Part shown: piece after piece, positions 17,123 through 26,980 of the stretch
Position numbering within the stretch: position 1 is the first letter of the stretch
Layout: each line of letters opens with the position of its first letter
NCBI GenBank assembly: GCA_019056805.1
Contig: DXJG01000001.1
Span: forward strand, 60,001 to 92,000
Length of the DNA: 32,000 bases
Source: Candidatus Baldrarchaeota archaeon
Lineage (GTDB): Archaea; Asgardarchaeota; Baldrarchaeia; Baldrarchaeales; DXJG01
Reading direction: 5' to 3'
Program-made: the position numbers and the translations under genes
Notes under the pieces: generated by a model
Told to the model about the DNA's origin: nothing
Databases searched by the model: none
The model's input: only the letters and a program-made list of their open reading frames with translations

Positions 17123-18400
17123 TTAATATGATATTCTTGCACTATATGGTGGTACGCCTATTATTGACTCGGCTGCTTTTGCTACTTTTTCCCTATATTG
17201 TTCCCAGGTATAGACTCTTATTATGTTCATAAATCCTCTTAAAGCATCGATCAATTGAGATGCATCTCTTAGATTGACTGGAATTTTATTTCCTTCTTTT
17301 GTTCTGTAGAACACTGGTATTCTCATAGGTTCCATTTCTATAGAATGTCTATAAGGCACTGATGGAAGTGTTGGTACATCAATTATAACGTTTTCCCTTT
17401 CTACACCAGCTTTTTCGGCGATTTCTTCTTCAATTTTATTTCTTACTCTTTCATTTGTAAAAATGCTAGAAACTGTTTCATCACGTACATAAAAGGTACG
17501 ATTATATGCTGCTTTAAGTAGTTCTCTTCTTTCAAGTTTTTGAATAAGTTCGTTGGATTTCTTAACTTTCCTTAACATTGTCCAAACTGTATAGTCATCT
17601 AGGGAGAGATATTCATCTATATTCGTGAAGTTAACAAGGGGGATTTCATCTTTAGCTAGCTCCATGGCTTTTAAAAGCATTATTTGAGCAGCTCTAGCAA
17701 CCTTGTGAAAATATATGCTTTTAAACGATTCTATGCGAGCAAGGATGAAAGCTTCTAAGCTGGAAAGAGCAGTTAGATCCACTGATAAATTACCGTTTAA
17801 TACATCCATAGTGTATATCAACCTAAAGATATCTACATAGCCGTACTCGGCACCAGTATGATAACTATCTCTAATTATGAAGTCCATTTTATCTACATCA
17901 ACAGCGCTGGAAATTATTTGGTCCAGGAAAAGTTTTCCTTCTTCTCTCATGTCTCCAGTTGCAAGTTTACTTATTTTTTGTGGTGAATACCCCGCATCGC
18001 TTAATATGTCTGCAAGTTCCGATTCTAAAATTATCCATCGTGTTAGGTCCTCATGGGTTTTTTCAAGGTATTTTATCGATAGAGATTCATATATGTGCGA
18101 AAATGGCCCGTGACCAACATCATGGAGTAATCCAGCGATTCTAACCATTTGTATATCTTCTTCCGATAACTCCACAGGTAAATTTTCAGCTAAAACTCCA
18201 GCAAGATACATTACACCAATGCTATGTTCAAATCTGGTGTGATTAGCACCTGGATAAACATATTCTGCTCCTGCAAGCTGTCTGAGTCTTCTAAGTCTTT
18301 GAACTACACGAGTATCGATAATATCTTTTTCTAAATCTGTTATATGGACGTAACCGTAAATCGGGTCTTTAATGAATCCCCAATAAATCCTTCTGCTCAA
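17123..18400 (-). CDS. HD-domain phosphohydrolase (dNTPase/SAMHD1-like)
   Basis: IKDPIYG, RLRRLRQL, HTRFEHSIG, LLHDVGHGPFSH and DVDKMDFIIRDS motifs. Confidence 0.92.
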   Translation of the reverse strand: MSRRIYWGFIKDPIYGYVHITDLEKDIIDTRVVQRLRRLRQLAGAEYVYPGANHTRFEHSIGVMYLAGVLAENLPVELSEEDIQMVRIAGLLHDVGHGPFSHIYESLSIKYLEKTHEDLTRWIILESELADILSDAGYSPQKISKLATGDMREEGKLFLDQIISSAVDVDKMDFIIRDSYHTGAEYGYVDIFRLIYTMDVLNGNLSVDLTALSSLEAFILARIESFKSIYFHKVARAAQIMLLKAMELAKDEIPLVNFTNIDEYLSLDDYTVWTMLRKVKKSNELIQKLERRELLKAAYNRTFYVRDETVSSIFTNERVRNKIEEEIAEKAGVERENVIIDVPTLPSVPYRHSIEMEPMRIPVFYRTKEGNKIPVNLRDASQLIDALRGFMNIIRVYTWEQYREKVAKAAESIIGVPPYSARISY

Positions 18401-18484
18401 TTTTAATCTCCCTTTATGACATTTTACACATGCTTAATAGATGTGCGTATATTTTGAATTTAAAACATTTTTATTGTTTTTGTT

Positions 18485-18916
18485 TTAGGCCTTCGAGAAT
18501 ATGAACACAGTTCCAGTAGTTCCATCTACCCGAACTATATCTCCAGTTGTAATTGTTTTAATCGGGTTTTTATTTAACTTGTCTACTAGAGGTATATTGG
18601 CAAGCACACATCCCGTGACGATTATTGGTTCTGATTCTACATTGATTATTGCTAAGGGTGCAGTTCCTATTTTTGCCATATGATAAATTATGTAGGAGCC
18701 TACAGTGCTACCTTTACCATAAGGGAAAACTAAAATTTTACCAGAGACCGTTTTTCCTTCAAGTTCATGGCCTCTTTCAGTAACAACTCCGCTTGATGGG
18801 TCAATACCACCGTAAAATGATATGGGCTGAGAGGTAACAAGAGCTGTACCTTCGACTAGTCCTTCAACTAAACCTCTTCCCTTTAATATAATTGTCTTAA
18901 TATCTTTTTTACACAT
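18485..18916 (-). CDS. Aconitase X swivel subunit (DUF126); phosphomevalonate dehydratase small subunit
   Basis: ISFYGGIDPSSG, GKILVFPYGKGSTVGSY motifs; adjacent to DUF521. Confidence 0.92.
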   Translation of the reverse strand: MCKKDIKTIILKGRGLVEGLVEGTALVTSQPISFYGGIDPSSGVVTERGHELEGKTVSGKILVFPYGKGSTVGSYIIYHMAKIGTAPLAIINVESEPIIVTGCVLANIPLVDKLNKNPIKTITTGDIVRVDGTTGTVFIFSKA

Positions 18917-18920
18917 ATTA

Positions 18921-20141
18921 TTACATCCCTCTTACAGCAGTATCAACGCAATCTTCTAATTTTGCTATTCCAACATCTAGTTTTTCTAGTGCTGTCAAGT
19001 AGTAGCATGCTTTTGCGGAGTTTGTGAGAATCCGCTTTAGTCCCAGCGTTTTTAAAGGAGATACTACTATACAAGTATCGGTAATGATTCTACCACCGGA
19101 TTTTTCTATGATATTTGTGTAACCGATGCGATCTGCGAGTATCTTCACATTAGCAGCAGTTCCGATCCAAAGTTCAAGATCTCTCTTTATTTTCTTTTTT
19201 CTTAACATATGAGCAAGTTTTCTTATTTCTTGGATGCTTGCATGGGGGCATCCTATATATATGAGATCTGGGTTTGAAGTTAGTGCGTATTCGTCAAAAA
19301 TTGATTTTAGATCTTCTTCTTCTATCGATATTTTTTCCATATGATCTTTTTCGCTTTGATATTGTTTTTTATTTAATACGGCTTCTGTTGTGTAGTTTTC
19401 GATGTGAAAAATTGATATACTCCCCGAAGTTGCTAATCCAGCTGATAAAGCTTTTAAATCTTCTACTTTTGGAAGTATTTTGGGATTTGAGAATAAAGGA
19501 ACGCCAGTTCTTATTTTTTTACCAACTAAATAACCTAAGACGCTGTAGTCTGTCGAATTACGTAGTTCTGTCTTTAATTCTATATAATGTGTAGGGAATC
19601 TGTTTTCTTTCAAGTGAAGCCCATAGTAGGCTGTTTTTCCAGTTAGGGCTGATGCAAGGGCTAGAGGGCCGCCTTCTCTGTTTGTTTTTGCGCCTAGAAC
19701 CGAGTTAGCGTATGTTACTGCGGAGGATTCTGCCCATGCTATATGTTCATTGTAGTTTGGAGAATTGCCAATTAAATAGGGGATGCAGCTACATGTTGGT
19801 AAAATATCCATTTTCATATATAAGTTGATTATTTTTAGTTGTTTCTCAGCAAATTCCTTTGGAATATTCATCATTGTCCAGTTTTTTAAGTCCATGCCAG
19901 CTGGATTAAGTGTTGATAGTATTTTGCTTCTTCCTCCAGATCTAACTAGGTCCTCTAGGAATTGTATGCCTGGATCACCGATATTCTTATAGGATACTCC
20001 TGAAACTTGTGCACTGTTTACATTAATGAGTTTTTGAGCGCCTAGGGCTTCTCCAACTTTGACAATAAGTCTCATGGCTATTCTGGTAGCTTCTCCATAT
20101 TCTCCTTCGAGCATTTTTTCCTCTTCTTTAGTTAAGAACAT
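18921..20141 (-). CDS. Aconitase X catalytic subunit (DUF521); phosphomevalonate dehydratase large subunit
   Basis: TCSCIPY, AWAESSAVTYANSVLGAKTNREGG, IGCPH and DTCIVVSP motifs. Confidence 0.93.
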   Translation of the reverse strand: MFLTKEEEKMLEGEYGEATRIAMRLIVKVGEALGAQKLINVNSAQVSGVSYKNIGDPGIQFLEDLVRSGGRSKILSTLNPAGMDLKNWTMMNIPKEFAEKQLKIINLYMKMDILPTCSCIPYLIGNSPNYNEHIAWAESSAVTYANSVLGAKTNREGGPLALASALTGKTAYYGLHLKENRFPTHYIELKTELRNSTDYSVLGYLVGKKIRTGVPLFSNPKILPKVEDLKALSAGLATSGSISIFHIENYTTEAVLNKKQYQSEKDHMEKISIEEEDLKSIFDEYALTSNPDLIYIGCPHASIQEIRKLAHMLRKKKIKRDLELWIGTAANVKILADRIGYTNIIEKSGGRIITDTCIVVSPLKTLGLKRILTNSAKACYYLTALEKLDVGIAKLEDCVDTAVRGM

Positions 20142-21496
20142 CAGTTTTCTTCCTCTGTTAAATTATCAATGATTTTTTCTTCTACGGGTATTTTTGCTTT
20201 TTCAAATTTTTCCTTGGGTTTATTGAATGGTCTTGTTGCATCAATTCCCATTTTCGTAGTTAGTAAGGTGACTTGATCTGCAGAGGGATCTAAACTCGAA
20301 CCCCTAACATTTGGTATTATTATTAGATCTTGAGAAGCGTTAAATCTTGTTGCAATCGCCCATTCTACTTCTTCCATATCATAAGGGTTTACATCGTCGT
20401 CAACTACAATAACGTGCTTAAGGCTCGGATGACCTGCAAAGGCAGCCAATATAACGTTTTTTGCATCACCATCAGATTGTTTTCTAATTGAAACAACAGC
20501 ATGTAACCATCCACAGCCACCTAAGGTTAAATACACACCTCTCACATCGGGTACAATTGATTTAACTACATCCCAGATTTTTGCTTCACGGGGAAGACCC
20601 ATTAACAGTTTATGTTCGCTGCCTGCAGGCAGAATAGCTTGATAAATAAAATCGTCTTTATTAAGATAGATTTTTTCTATTTTTATTACAGGTTGTTTTC
20701 TCACAATGTCGTATGTACCTGTTAAATCGACGAAGGGACCTTCATCAACTTCTTTACCATATAAAATTTTTCCTTCAAGAATTATTTCAGCGCCCACTGG
20801 AACTTCTAGTTCCGTATTTGGACATATAGTTGTCTTTAATGTTCCGTCGAGAAGAGTATTAGCTACATAAAGTTCATTTACACCATATGGAACGGGAGAT
20901 GATGAAGCAATCAGAACTGCTGGATGTACTCCGATAGCAATAGCTACGGGGACGTCCCTTTTCTCTCTCCAATAATTCATTACTATTTTGTGTAAGTGTC
21001 TTGGTACAATTCTTATGGCTAGGTGATTTTTATCAATGACTAACATTCGATGTATTGATGCGTTTTGAAATCCGGTTACCGGGTCTCTTGCAAATACGAT
21101 TCCAGCTGTTATGTATGGTCCAGGGTCTTTTTCGTAATGTGTGAGTATTGGAAGAATATTAATATCTGACGAGTTCCCAATAGGTGTAGAAAAAGGAAAT
21201 TCGATAAGTTTAGGTTTTTTCGGGGATCTTGTAGCATTTATTATTTTTTCATGTAATTTGTCAACAGTTGTCTTTAAAGCCTTACAAATTTTCTCTCTAG
21301 TGCTACAAATATTTGCTACCAAAAAACCTTGTTTTTGTTTAATCTTTTGGAAATAGAGTGCTGGACCACTATCAAATTTTTTAATAACGGCTGCCACTTC
21401 ATACTTTGCACTCAATTCCTTTCTAATGACTAACAATTCTCCTTTGTCTTGTTCTAATTCCATTATAAAATTTCTTAGGCTCATTTTCCTCTCCAC
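20141..21496 (-). CDS. ubiD: UbiD-family prFMN decarboxylase (probable anhydromevalonate phosphate decarboxylase)
   Basis: DPGPYITAG, NASIHRM, EGPFVDLTG, EVEWAIATR, SLDPS motifs; clustered with AcnX genes. Confidence 0.92.
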   Translation of the reverse strand: MERKMSLRNFIMELEQDKGELLVIRKELSAKYEVAAVIKKFDSGPALYFQKIKQKQGFLVANICSTREKICKALKTTVDKLHEKIINATRSPKKPKLIEFPFSTPIGNSSDINILPILTHYEKDPGPYITAGIVFARDPVTGFQNASIHRMLVIDKNHLAIRIVPRHLHKIVMNYWREKRDVPVAIAIGVHPAVLIASSSPVPYGVNELYVANTLLDGTLKTTICPNTELEVPVGAEIILEGKILYGKEVDEGPFVDLTGTYDIVRKQPVIKIEKIYLNKDDFIYQAILPAGSEHKLLMGLPREAKIWDVVKSIVPDVRGVYLTLGGCGWLHAVVSIRKQSDGDAKNVILAAFAGHPSLKHVIVVDDDVNPYDMEEVEWAIATRFNASQDLIIIPNVRGSSLDPSADQVTLLTTKMGIDATRPFNKPKEKFEKAKIPVEEKIIDNLTEEEN

Positions 21497-22047
21497 CTTC
21501 TATATAAATCATGTTGAATACCTAATACGTCAAGAATTTTTCCTACTACAAAATTTACAAGGTCTTCAATAGTTTTTGGTTCATGATAAAATCCTGGCAT
21601 TGCAGGAATTATTATTGCACCAGCCTCAGCTGCTTTAACCATATTTCTGAGATGAATGATCGATAAAGGAGTTTCCCGAGGAACGAGAATTAATGGGCGT
21701 TTTTCTTTTAACATACAATCAGCAACCCTGACAATAAGATTGTCCGCATAACCACTAGCTATGGCAGCAAGAGTTTTCATGCTACATGGCACAATGACCA
21801 TTCCACTTACTTGATACGATCCACTGGCAATGGGAGCTGTAAGATCGGATGGAGTATAAACGAAATCAGCAAATTTTTCAATTTCCTTTACATTCAATTT
21901 TAGTTCATGTTTAATAATTACTTTAGCCGGGTCCGAAATAATTAAATGCGTACTTATCTTCAAATGCCTTAAAACTTTTAAAAGATGAACACCATATATC
22001 ACTCCACTTGCACCAGTTAATGCCACAACTAGTTCCAAATTAATCAC
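21481..22047 (-). CDS. ubiX: Flavin prenyltransferase UbiX
   Basis: ALTGASG, IASGS, PCSMKTLA, LVPRETP, PAMPGFYH motifs. Confidence 0.96.
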   Translation of the reverse strand: MINLELVVALTGASGVIYGVHLLKVLRHLKISTHLIISDPAKVIIKHELKLNVKEIEKFADFVYTPSDLTAPIASGSYQVSGMVIVPCSMKTLAAIASGYADNLIVRVADCMLKEKRPLILVPRETPLSIIHLRNMVKAAEAGAIIIPAMPGFYHEPKTIEDLVNFVVGKILDVLGIQHDLYRRWRGK

Positions 22048-22403
22048 AATCCCTTCAATCTTTTGATTAGGTTGTCAACACATTTAATCACGATTCTGTA
22101 TTTTTCCATATCTTTTTCCTTCAAGTTAACTATTGCTAAGACAGCCGTACCAAGCTCTATAGCCAGTCTTTCAGCAATAGCACGAGCAATAACTTCTCCT
22201 TTAATGTCGAAAGCCGTAAGTAACGATGATATAGCTTTTTTCCCGATTTCAGGTAGTTTGGATGGAGTTGCAAGTACAAGAGTGCCCATTTTATACGTGG
22301 TGTCAGTAACAACGACCACCACTCCGTTGTCAAGTTTTACACCTAATACAGAAACACAATAACCCTTTTCCTCAGTTTTTTCTTCAAAAATTATTTCAGA
22401 CAT
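22044..22403 (-). CDS. Hypothetical protein resembling proteasome assembly chaperone 4 (PAC4/PSMG4)
   Basis: Pattern KLDNGVVVVV..MGTLVLA..SSLL..ARAIAERLA..VLAIVNL parallels recalled PAC4 pattern. ATG at 22403 with GGAG upstream preferred to 22424. Confidence 0.6.
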   Translation of the reverse strand: MSEIIFEEKTEEKGYCVSVLGVKLDNGVVVVVTDTTYKMGTLVLATPSKLPEIGKKAISSLLTAFDIKGEVIARAIAERLAIELGTAVLAIVNLKEKDMEKYRIVIKCVDNLIKRLKGL

Positions 22404-22407
22404 ATTT

Positions 22408-23208
22408 TCATCTCCATTTTTCATGTTGTTTCTCCATAATTTTTACTGCTTCTTTTAATGATATTTCACCTCTAGCAACTTTCTCTGCAAGATCCCAGTC
22501 TATAGTTAGTTTTCCACCCGACATCAATCTACTCTTTGCTTGAATATACTTTATTTCACCTGGTTTCAGCGATATTTCAACATGGTCAAGATCTACAACT
22601 TCTCCCCTCTTTTTGGATATTAGTATGGCAGCAGTGATATCTCTCCTTGTAGTTTTAGCTCTAGCTAGGGTAGTATATGTTTCATCAACAATTTCGTAAG
22701 TAGCTTGAAGCGAAACATCCTTGAAGTATCTGAAAAGACGTCTTTGATGCAGCGGAGATCCATTACCAACTCTTATAATCAAGGTTCCGTCCGAAAACGA
22801 ATTTAAAGCCTTTTGTACAAGATTAATATATTCAATAACTTCATACGGCGAGTAGAATAAGCTTGCATCAATTATCTTTCCTCCCAAAGCTACAACAGCA
22901 CCATACACATCTCCAGGATCTATACCTACTATGATCGGGACTTTGTTTCTACATTCGGCCAATAAAGCTTTAACTTTCAAAATAGCTGCTTTTATATCCT
23001 CTTCATCAAAGTCGATCGCGATAATGTAGGCATTAGCGTTAGGAGATACTTTTTCTACTTCTTTTTTACTGGTTAAGATAATAGTTACGTCAGAAGGGAT
23101 TTTTTCTCCTGGAACTAAACTATAAAATGGAATACCAAGTTCCTTTAGTCTTTTTACAACCAAATGAAATATTTTTGGCTGTTCTGTTACTACTGCTACT
23201 TTTGACAT
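22408..23208 (-). CDS. Conserved hypothetical protein with RNase H-like (YqgF/RuvC-type) domain
   Basis: IIVGIDPG, IVDETYTT and DITAAILI acidic motifs. ATG at 23208 preferred to 23241. Confidence 0.7.
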   Translation of the reverse strand: MSKVAVVTEQPKIFHLVVKRLKELGIPFYSLVPGEKIPSDVTIILTSKKEVEKVSPNANAYIIAIDFDEEDIKAAILKVKALLAECRNKVPIIVGIDPGDVYGAVVALGGKIIDASLFYSPYEVIEYINLVQKALNSFSDGTLIIRVGNGSPLHQRRLFRYFKDVSLQATYEIVDETYTTLARAKTTRRDITAAILISKKRGEVVDLDHVEISLKPGEIKYIQAKSRLMSGGKLTIDWDLAEKVARGEISLKEAVKIMEKQHEKWR

Positions 23209-23312
23209 ATAGGCACTACTCCGTCTTCTGCAAAGTTTCATAGATAAGTTTCACAGTTAAATATATTTGTTTTTAATTTTATTACTGAATACTAAAACGG
23301 GGAAATGATATA

Positions 23313-23984
23313 ATGGTCGATCTTTTGACTACTGGTTGTGAGAGATTAGACGAATTGTTAGGTGGAGGATTACCTATTGGACATATAAGTCACATTTATG
23401 GTCCAGCAGGAACTGGGAAAACAACGTTTGCGCTTCAATGTTCCGCTAACTTAGCTTTAGGCGGATGGAAAACTATATTTGTGGATACTGAGAATTCTTT
23501 CTCAGTTGAGAGACTTGAACAAATTTCCAGGGACGCTTTTCAATCTGTAATGAAGAAAATAATCTTATTTCGACTCTCTAGTTTCGTTGAACAGTCTGAA
23601 TTAATCGACATTCTCGATGAAATTATCGATAAAGAGGTTCGTCTTATAGTTTTTGACACCATAACTGGACTGTATCGCGCAGAACTATTAGAATATAGAA
23701 ATACACATATTCTACAACATGAGCTTAATCGACAATTAGCCTTTCTTTTCAAGATCTCTAAACGAAAAAATGTAGCAGTTCTTTTAACAAACCAAGTCAA
23801 AGCTGTTTTTGACGAGGAGAATTTAGAACCTGTAGCTTCTAATATCGTAAATTGGTGGGCTAGTGTTGTTGTTAGTTTCATTCGGGATGAGAGAATTAAG
23901 CGAAAAGCAGAAATAGTAAAGCACTATAAAAAGCCTATAGGCACTTCAGCAATTTTCTCCATAGTATCGAGCGGCTTAGTGTGA
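23313..23984 (+). CDS. radB: DNA repair and recombination protein RadB
   Basis: RecA core without N-terminal domain; GPAGTGKTT, VDTENSFS, LLTNQV; RadB-type C-terminal IVKHYK. Confidence 0.9.
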   Translation: MVDLLTTGCERLDELLGGGLPIGHISHIYGPAGTGKTTFALQCSANLALGGWKTIFVDTENSFSVERLEQISRDAFQSVMKKIILFRLSSFVEQSELIDILDEIIDKEVRLIVFDTITGLYRAELLEYRNTHILQHELNRQLAFLFKISKRKNVAVLLTNQVKAVFDEENLEPVASNIVNWWASVVVSFIRDERIKRKAEIVKHYKKPIGTSAIFSIVSSGLV

Positions 23985-23996
23985 TGGTGACAAGAG

Positions 23997-24557
23997 ATGA
24001 TACCTTTATGGCTAGAGATATTAGCGGCTCTGTGGTTTATTCTGCCAGCATATGTTGCAAATGCTTTTGCTGTTGTCTTTAGTGGAGGACCTCCTATAGA
24101 TTTCGGTAAATTTTTCATTGATGGAAAAAGGGTTTTTGGCGATGGAAAAACTGTTAGAGGATTCATAGGTGGAGTTTTCATGGGTATCGTGATAGGTATA
24201 CTTCAATTATTTACATCGTCATACATCCTGAAACTAATTTCCCTCTACTATGTTATGGACGCAAATGAAATATTTCTTATTCAAGTATCTATTTCGAGAA
24301 TTTGTTTCCTTTCTTTTGGTGCATTAATGGGTGATCTTATCGGTTCATTTATAAAAAGAAGATTTGGTTTGAAGCGAGGAGCACCCGCACCTATATTAGA
24401 TCAATTAGATTTCCTTTTAGGAGCGTTACTTTTTGTCAGTTTGATAAAACCTTTACAATTAAAATATATCATAATTCTGGTGATAGTAACACCTGTAATC
24501 CATTTATGTGCAAATGGTATAGGTTATGTACTTAAATTAAAAAAGGAACCGTGGTGA
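23997..24557 (+). CDS. carS: CDP-archaeol synthase
   Basis: PAYVANA, PPIDFG, GDGKTVRG, GDLIGSFIKRR and APILDQLDF motifs. Confidence 0.95.
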   Translation: MIPLWLEILAALWFILPAYVANAFAVVFSGGPPIDFGKFFIDGKRVFGDGKTVRGFIGGVFMGIVIGILQLFTSSYILKLISLYYVMDANEIFLIQVSISRICFLSFGALMGDLIGSFIKRRFGLKRGAPAPILDQLDFLLGALLFVSLIKPLQLKYIIILVIVTPVIHLCANGIGYVLKLKKEPW

Positions 24558-24563
24558 GATATT

Positions 24564-24989
24564 TTATCTTTTTCTTCCAAATAGACCAGGCGCTTTTTTG
24601 AAAAGTAGCCAATTTAGCCCAACATATCCTACAAATGTCAGCACTATTCCTATTAATAGTAGAGTTTTTGCATACTCTGGTCTATACACATGTTTAGTAC
24701 TTTGATAAATTATTACGAATCCTATGAACCCAATAACTAGAAAGGCAAAAGCAACGATGCCTTCAATTACTGTTTGTTGAGCTAATTGTCCTACGACCAT
24801 AAATCCTTGTGGTAGCGACTTATAGTTTACAATAACGTACATGCCTCCGCTAAGTACAAACAAGATGAAGGACATCGCAACTATGAAAAGGGACTCCGAT
24901 GATGGTGTTTTTCTAGGTATCTTTAATCTGGGTTTTTCTAATCGTAACCTAGGTTTTTTTAATATTTTTGGCCACCATAGACGGACCAA
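24564..24989 (-). CDS. Oligosaccharyltransferase subunit OST3/OST6-family, DC2/OSTC-like
   Basis: Three TM segments; LKKPRLRLEKP, LSGGMY, QTVIEGIV..F..IGFIGF and KKAPGL parallel recalled human DC2. TTG at 24989 with GGAGGG upstream preferred to 25058. Confidence 0.8.
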   Translation of the reverse strand: MVRLWWPKILKKPRLRLEKPRLKIPRKTPSSESLFIVAMSFILFVLSGGMYVIVNYKSLPQGFMVVGQLAQQTVIEGIVAFAFLVIGFIGFVIIYQSTKHVYRPEYAKTLLLIGIVLTFVGYVGLNWLLFKKAPGLFGRKR

Positions 24990-25129
24990 TCGAAACCCTC
25001 CACGACAACAACTTATGTTCTGTATACAAATTTCTGAGTTTATAAGGATATCTTCCATAAAACTGCATGATCACACACAACCCTAATAGTCAAGAATTCT
25101 ATTACACGCCCCATTAGAAAAACTCATAA

Positions 25130-26131
25130 GTGTATGTGATACCGATAAAAATAGAAATAAGTGGAGGGTTCAAAATTTCCAAGGAAAAGAAAAAGACTAA
25201 GGACCTAATGGATTTACCCGGCGTTGGACCATCCATAGCCAAGAAGCTAAGTGAAGCAGGGTACAAAAATATAGCTTCAATAGCTGTTGCGACACCTTCC
25301 GAACTTGCCGCCGCTGTCGATATTGGCCAAGCGACAGCCCAGAAAATTATTGAGGCGGCAAGAAAGACTTTAGAATTTGGTTTTGAAACCGCCGATAAGA
25401 TTTACGAGCGGAGACAACATGTTGGAAAAATAACCACTGGATCCAAGAACTTAGATAGATTACTTGGAGGAGGAATAGAAACCCAAGCAATAACTGAAGT
25501 CTTTGGAGCTTATAGAACAGGCAAAACGCAACTTGCACATCAATTAGCTGTAAGTGTACAGTTACCTCCTGACAAGGGAGGATTAGAGGGGAAAGCTGTC
25601 TACATAGATACTGAAGGAACCTTTAGACCAGAGAGAATATACCAAATGGCTCAAGCACTAGGCCTTGACACCAAACAAGCATTAAAAAACATCATATATG
25701 CAAGAGCTTACAATTCCGATCATCAAATGTTGTTAGCTCAACAAGCACAAGAAATAATATCCGAACAAAACGTAAAACTCCTAATAATTGATTCAATAAT
25801 GTCCCATTTCAGGGCAGAATATCCAGGAAGAGAAATGTTGGCAGAACGCCAACAAAAACTAAACAAACACTTACACACATTACAGAGAATTGCTGATATT
25901 GAAAATATAGCTATATTCGTAACAAATCAGGTAATGGCTAGGCCTGATGTATTTTTCGGCGATCCAACTGAGCCAGTGGGTGGCCACGTACTAGCTCATG
26001 TACCCCAAACGCGGCTATATCTAAGACGCAGCAAGGACAATAGAAGAATATGTAGACTTGTAGATTCTCCATACCTACCCGAGGGAGAAGTAGTCTTTGT
26101 AATAGTTGAAGAAGGAATTCGAGACCCCTAA
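25130..26131 (+). CDS. radA: DNA repair and recombination protein RadA
   Basis: N-terminal HhH (DLPGVGP), [35 protein letters not shown]. True start uncertain. Confidence 0.97.
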   Translation: MYVIPIKIEISGGFKISKEKKKTKDLMDLPGVGPSIAKKLSEAGYKNIASIAVATPSELAAAVDIGQATAQKIIEAARKTLEFGFETADKIYERRQHVGKITTGSKNLDRLLGGGIETQAITEVFGAYRTGKTQLAHQLAVSVQLPPDKGGLEGKAVYIDTEGTFRPERIYQMAQALGLDTKQALKNIIYARAYNSDHQMLLAQQAQEIISEQNVKLLIIDSIMSHFRAEYPGREMLAERQQKLNKHLHTLQRIADIENIAIFVTNQVMARPDVFFGDPTEPVGGHVLAHVPQTRLYLRRSKDNRRICRLVDSPYLPEGEVVFVIVEEGIRDP

Positions 26132-26167
26132 GAGTTTACCAATTAAATTAGCAAAGTTTGTTGAACA

Positions 26168-26980
26168 TTAGCATGAAGGGGAGTAACTGCAACCTTTTCC
26201 TTTTTTAAATTTCTGATGAATGAAGTTTTTAAAAATAGACATGTAAAGACATTCACCAGGGGATATTAACATACTTTCAAGATAAACAGGTTGATCGGTA
26301 AAAGTAACCGGAGCATTTCTAATTAGGACAGCTGGAGTTCTTTCTCCAGCTTCTCCCATAAGTATTTGTGCAGCTGAAGCCAAATCATCAGCTAAAGCAC
26401 GCATTGTTATCACCAACGGTTTTCCAAAGATGTCTAACTTTCCTCTCTCATCAGATACAGGGATAAAACCAGCTACGCCCAAAGCAATACCTATAGTACC
26501 CAATCTAAGCGGTTGAGTCCTACTATCGGCAATTATAACCCCGATTTTTTTCCCAGTTTTTTCAAATATTCTTCTTCGAATTTCTTCAGCGGTTTTCATA
26601 GGATCTTCGGGAAGCAAAACAACACATCCGGGTGGAGCGTTAGATTTATCGATGCCAGCGTTGGCTATTAAAATACCATGTCTTAAAGTTAGAATAACGT
26701 GGGGAATTCCTCCAAGAATTTCATCAGCTTCCCGTAAAATTAATTCAGCTAGTTCCGGGGTAACATCGTATTTTTTTGCTAATTCTATGGCTTTAGGACT
26801 GGGCTGTACCTTATCCAGTTTTATAATTCTTCCTTCAGCTGTTGAGACGGCAGTTTCTGCTAAAACTAAGATATCCTTATCATATATTTTTTCTCCAATT
26901 CCCTTTAGAGCTTCAAGCACTACATCTACTATATCATCACCTGGAGTAATGATTCTAGTTTTTATCGGTATAAGTTTCAT
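26168..26980 (-). CDS. cofE: CofE-family gamma-glutamyl ligase (F420-0 ligase or FolC2-type)
   Basis: AETAVSTAEG, ANAGIDKSN, LLPEDP, IIADSRTQPLRLG, ADDLASAA, GEAGERTP motifs. Confidence 0.92.
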   Translation of the reverse strand: MKLIPIKTRIITPGDDIVDVVLEALKGIGEKIYDKDILVLAETAVSTAEGRIIKLDKVQPSPKAIELAKKYDVTPELAELILREADEILGGIPHVILTLRHGILIANAGIDKSNAPPGCVVLLPEDPMKTAEEIRRRIFEKTGKKIGVIIADSRTQPLRLGTIGIALGVAGFIPVSDERGKLDIFGKPLVITMRALADDLASAAQILMGEAGERTPAVLIRNAPVTFTDQPVYLESMLISPGECLYMSIFKNFIHQKFKKGKGCSYSPSC

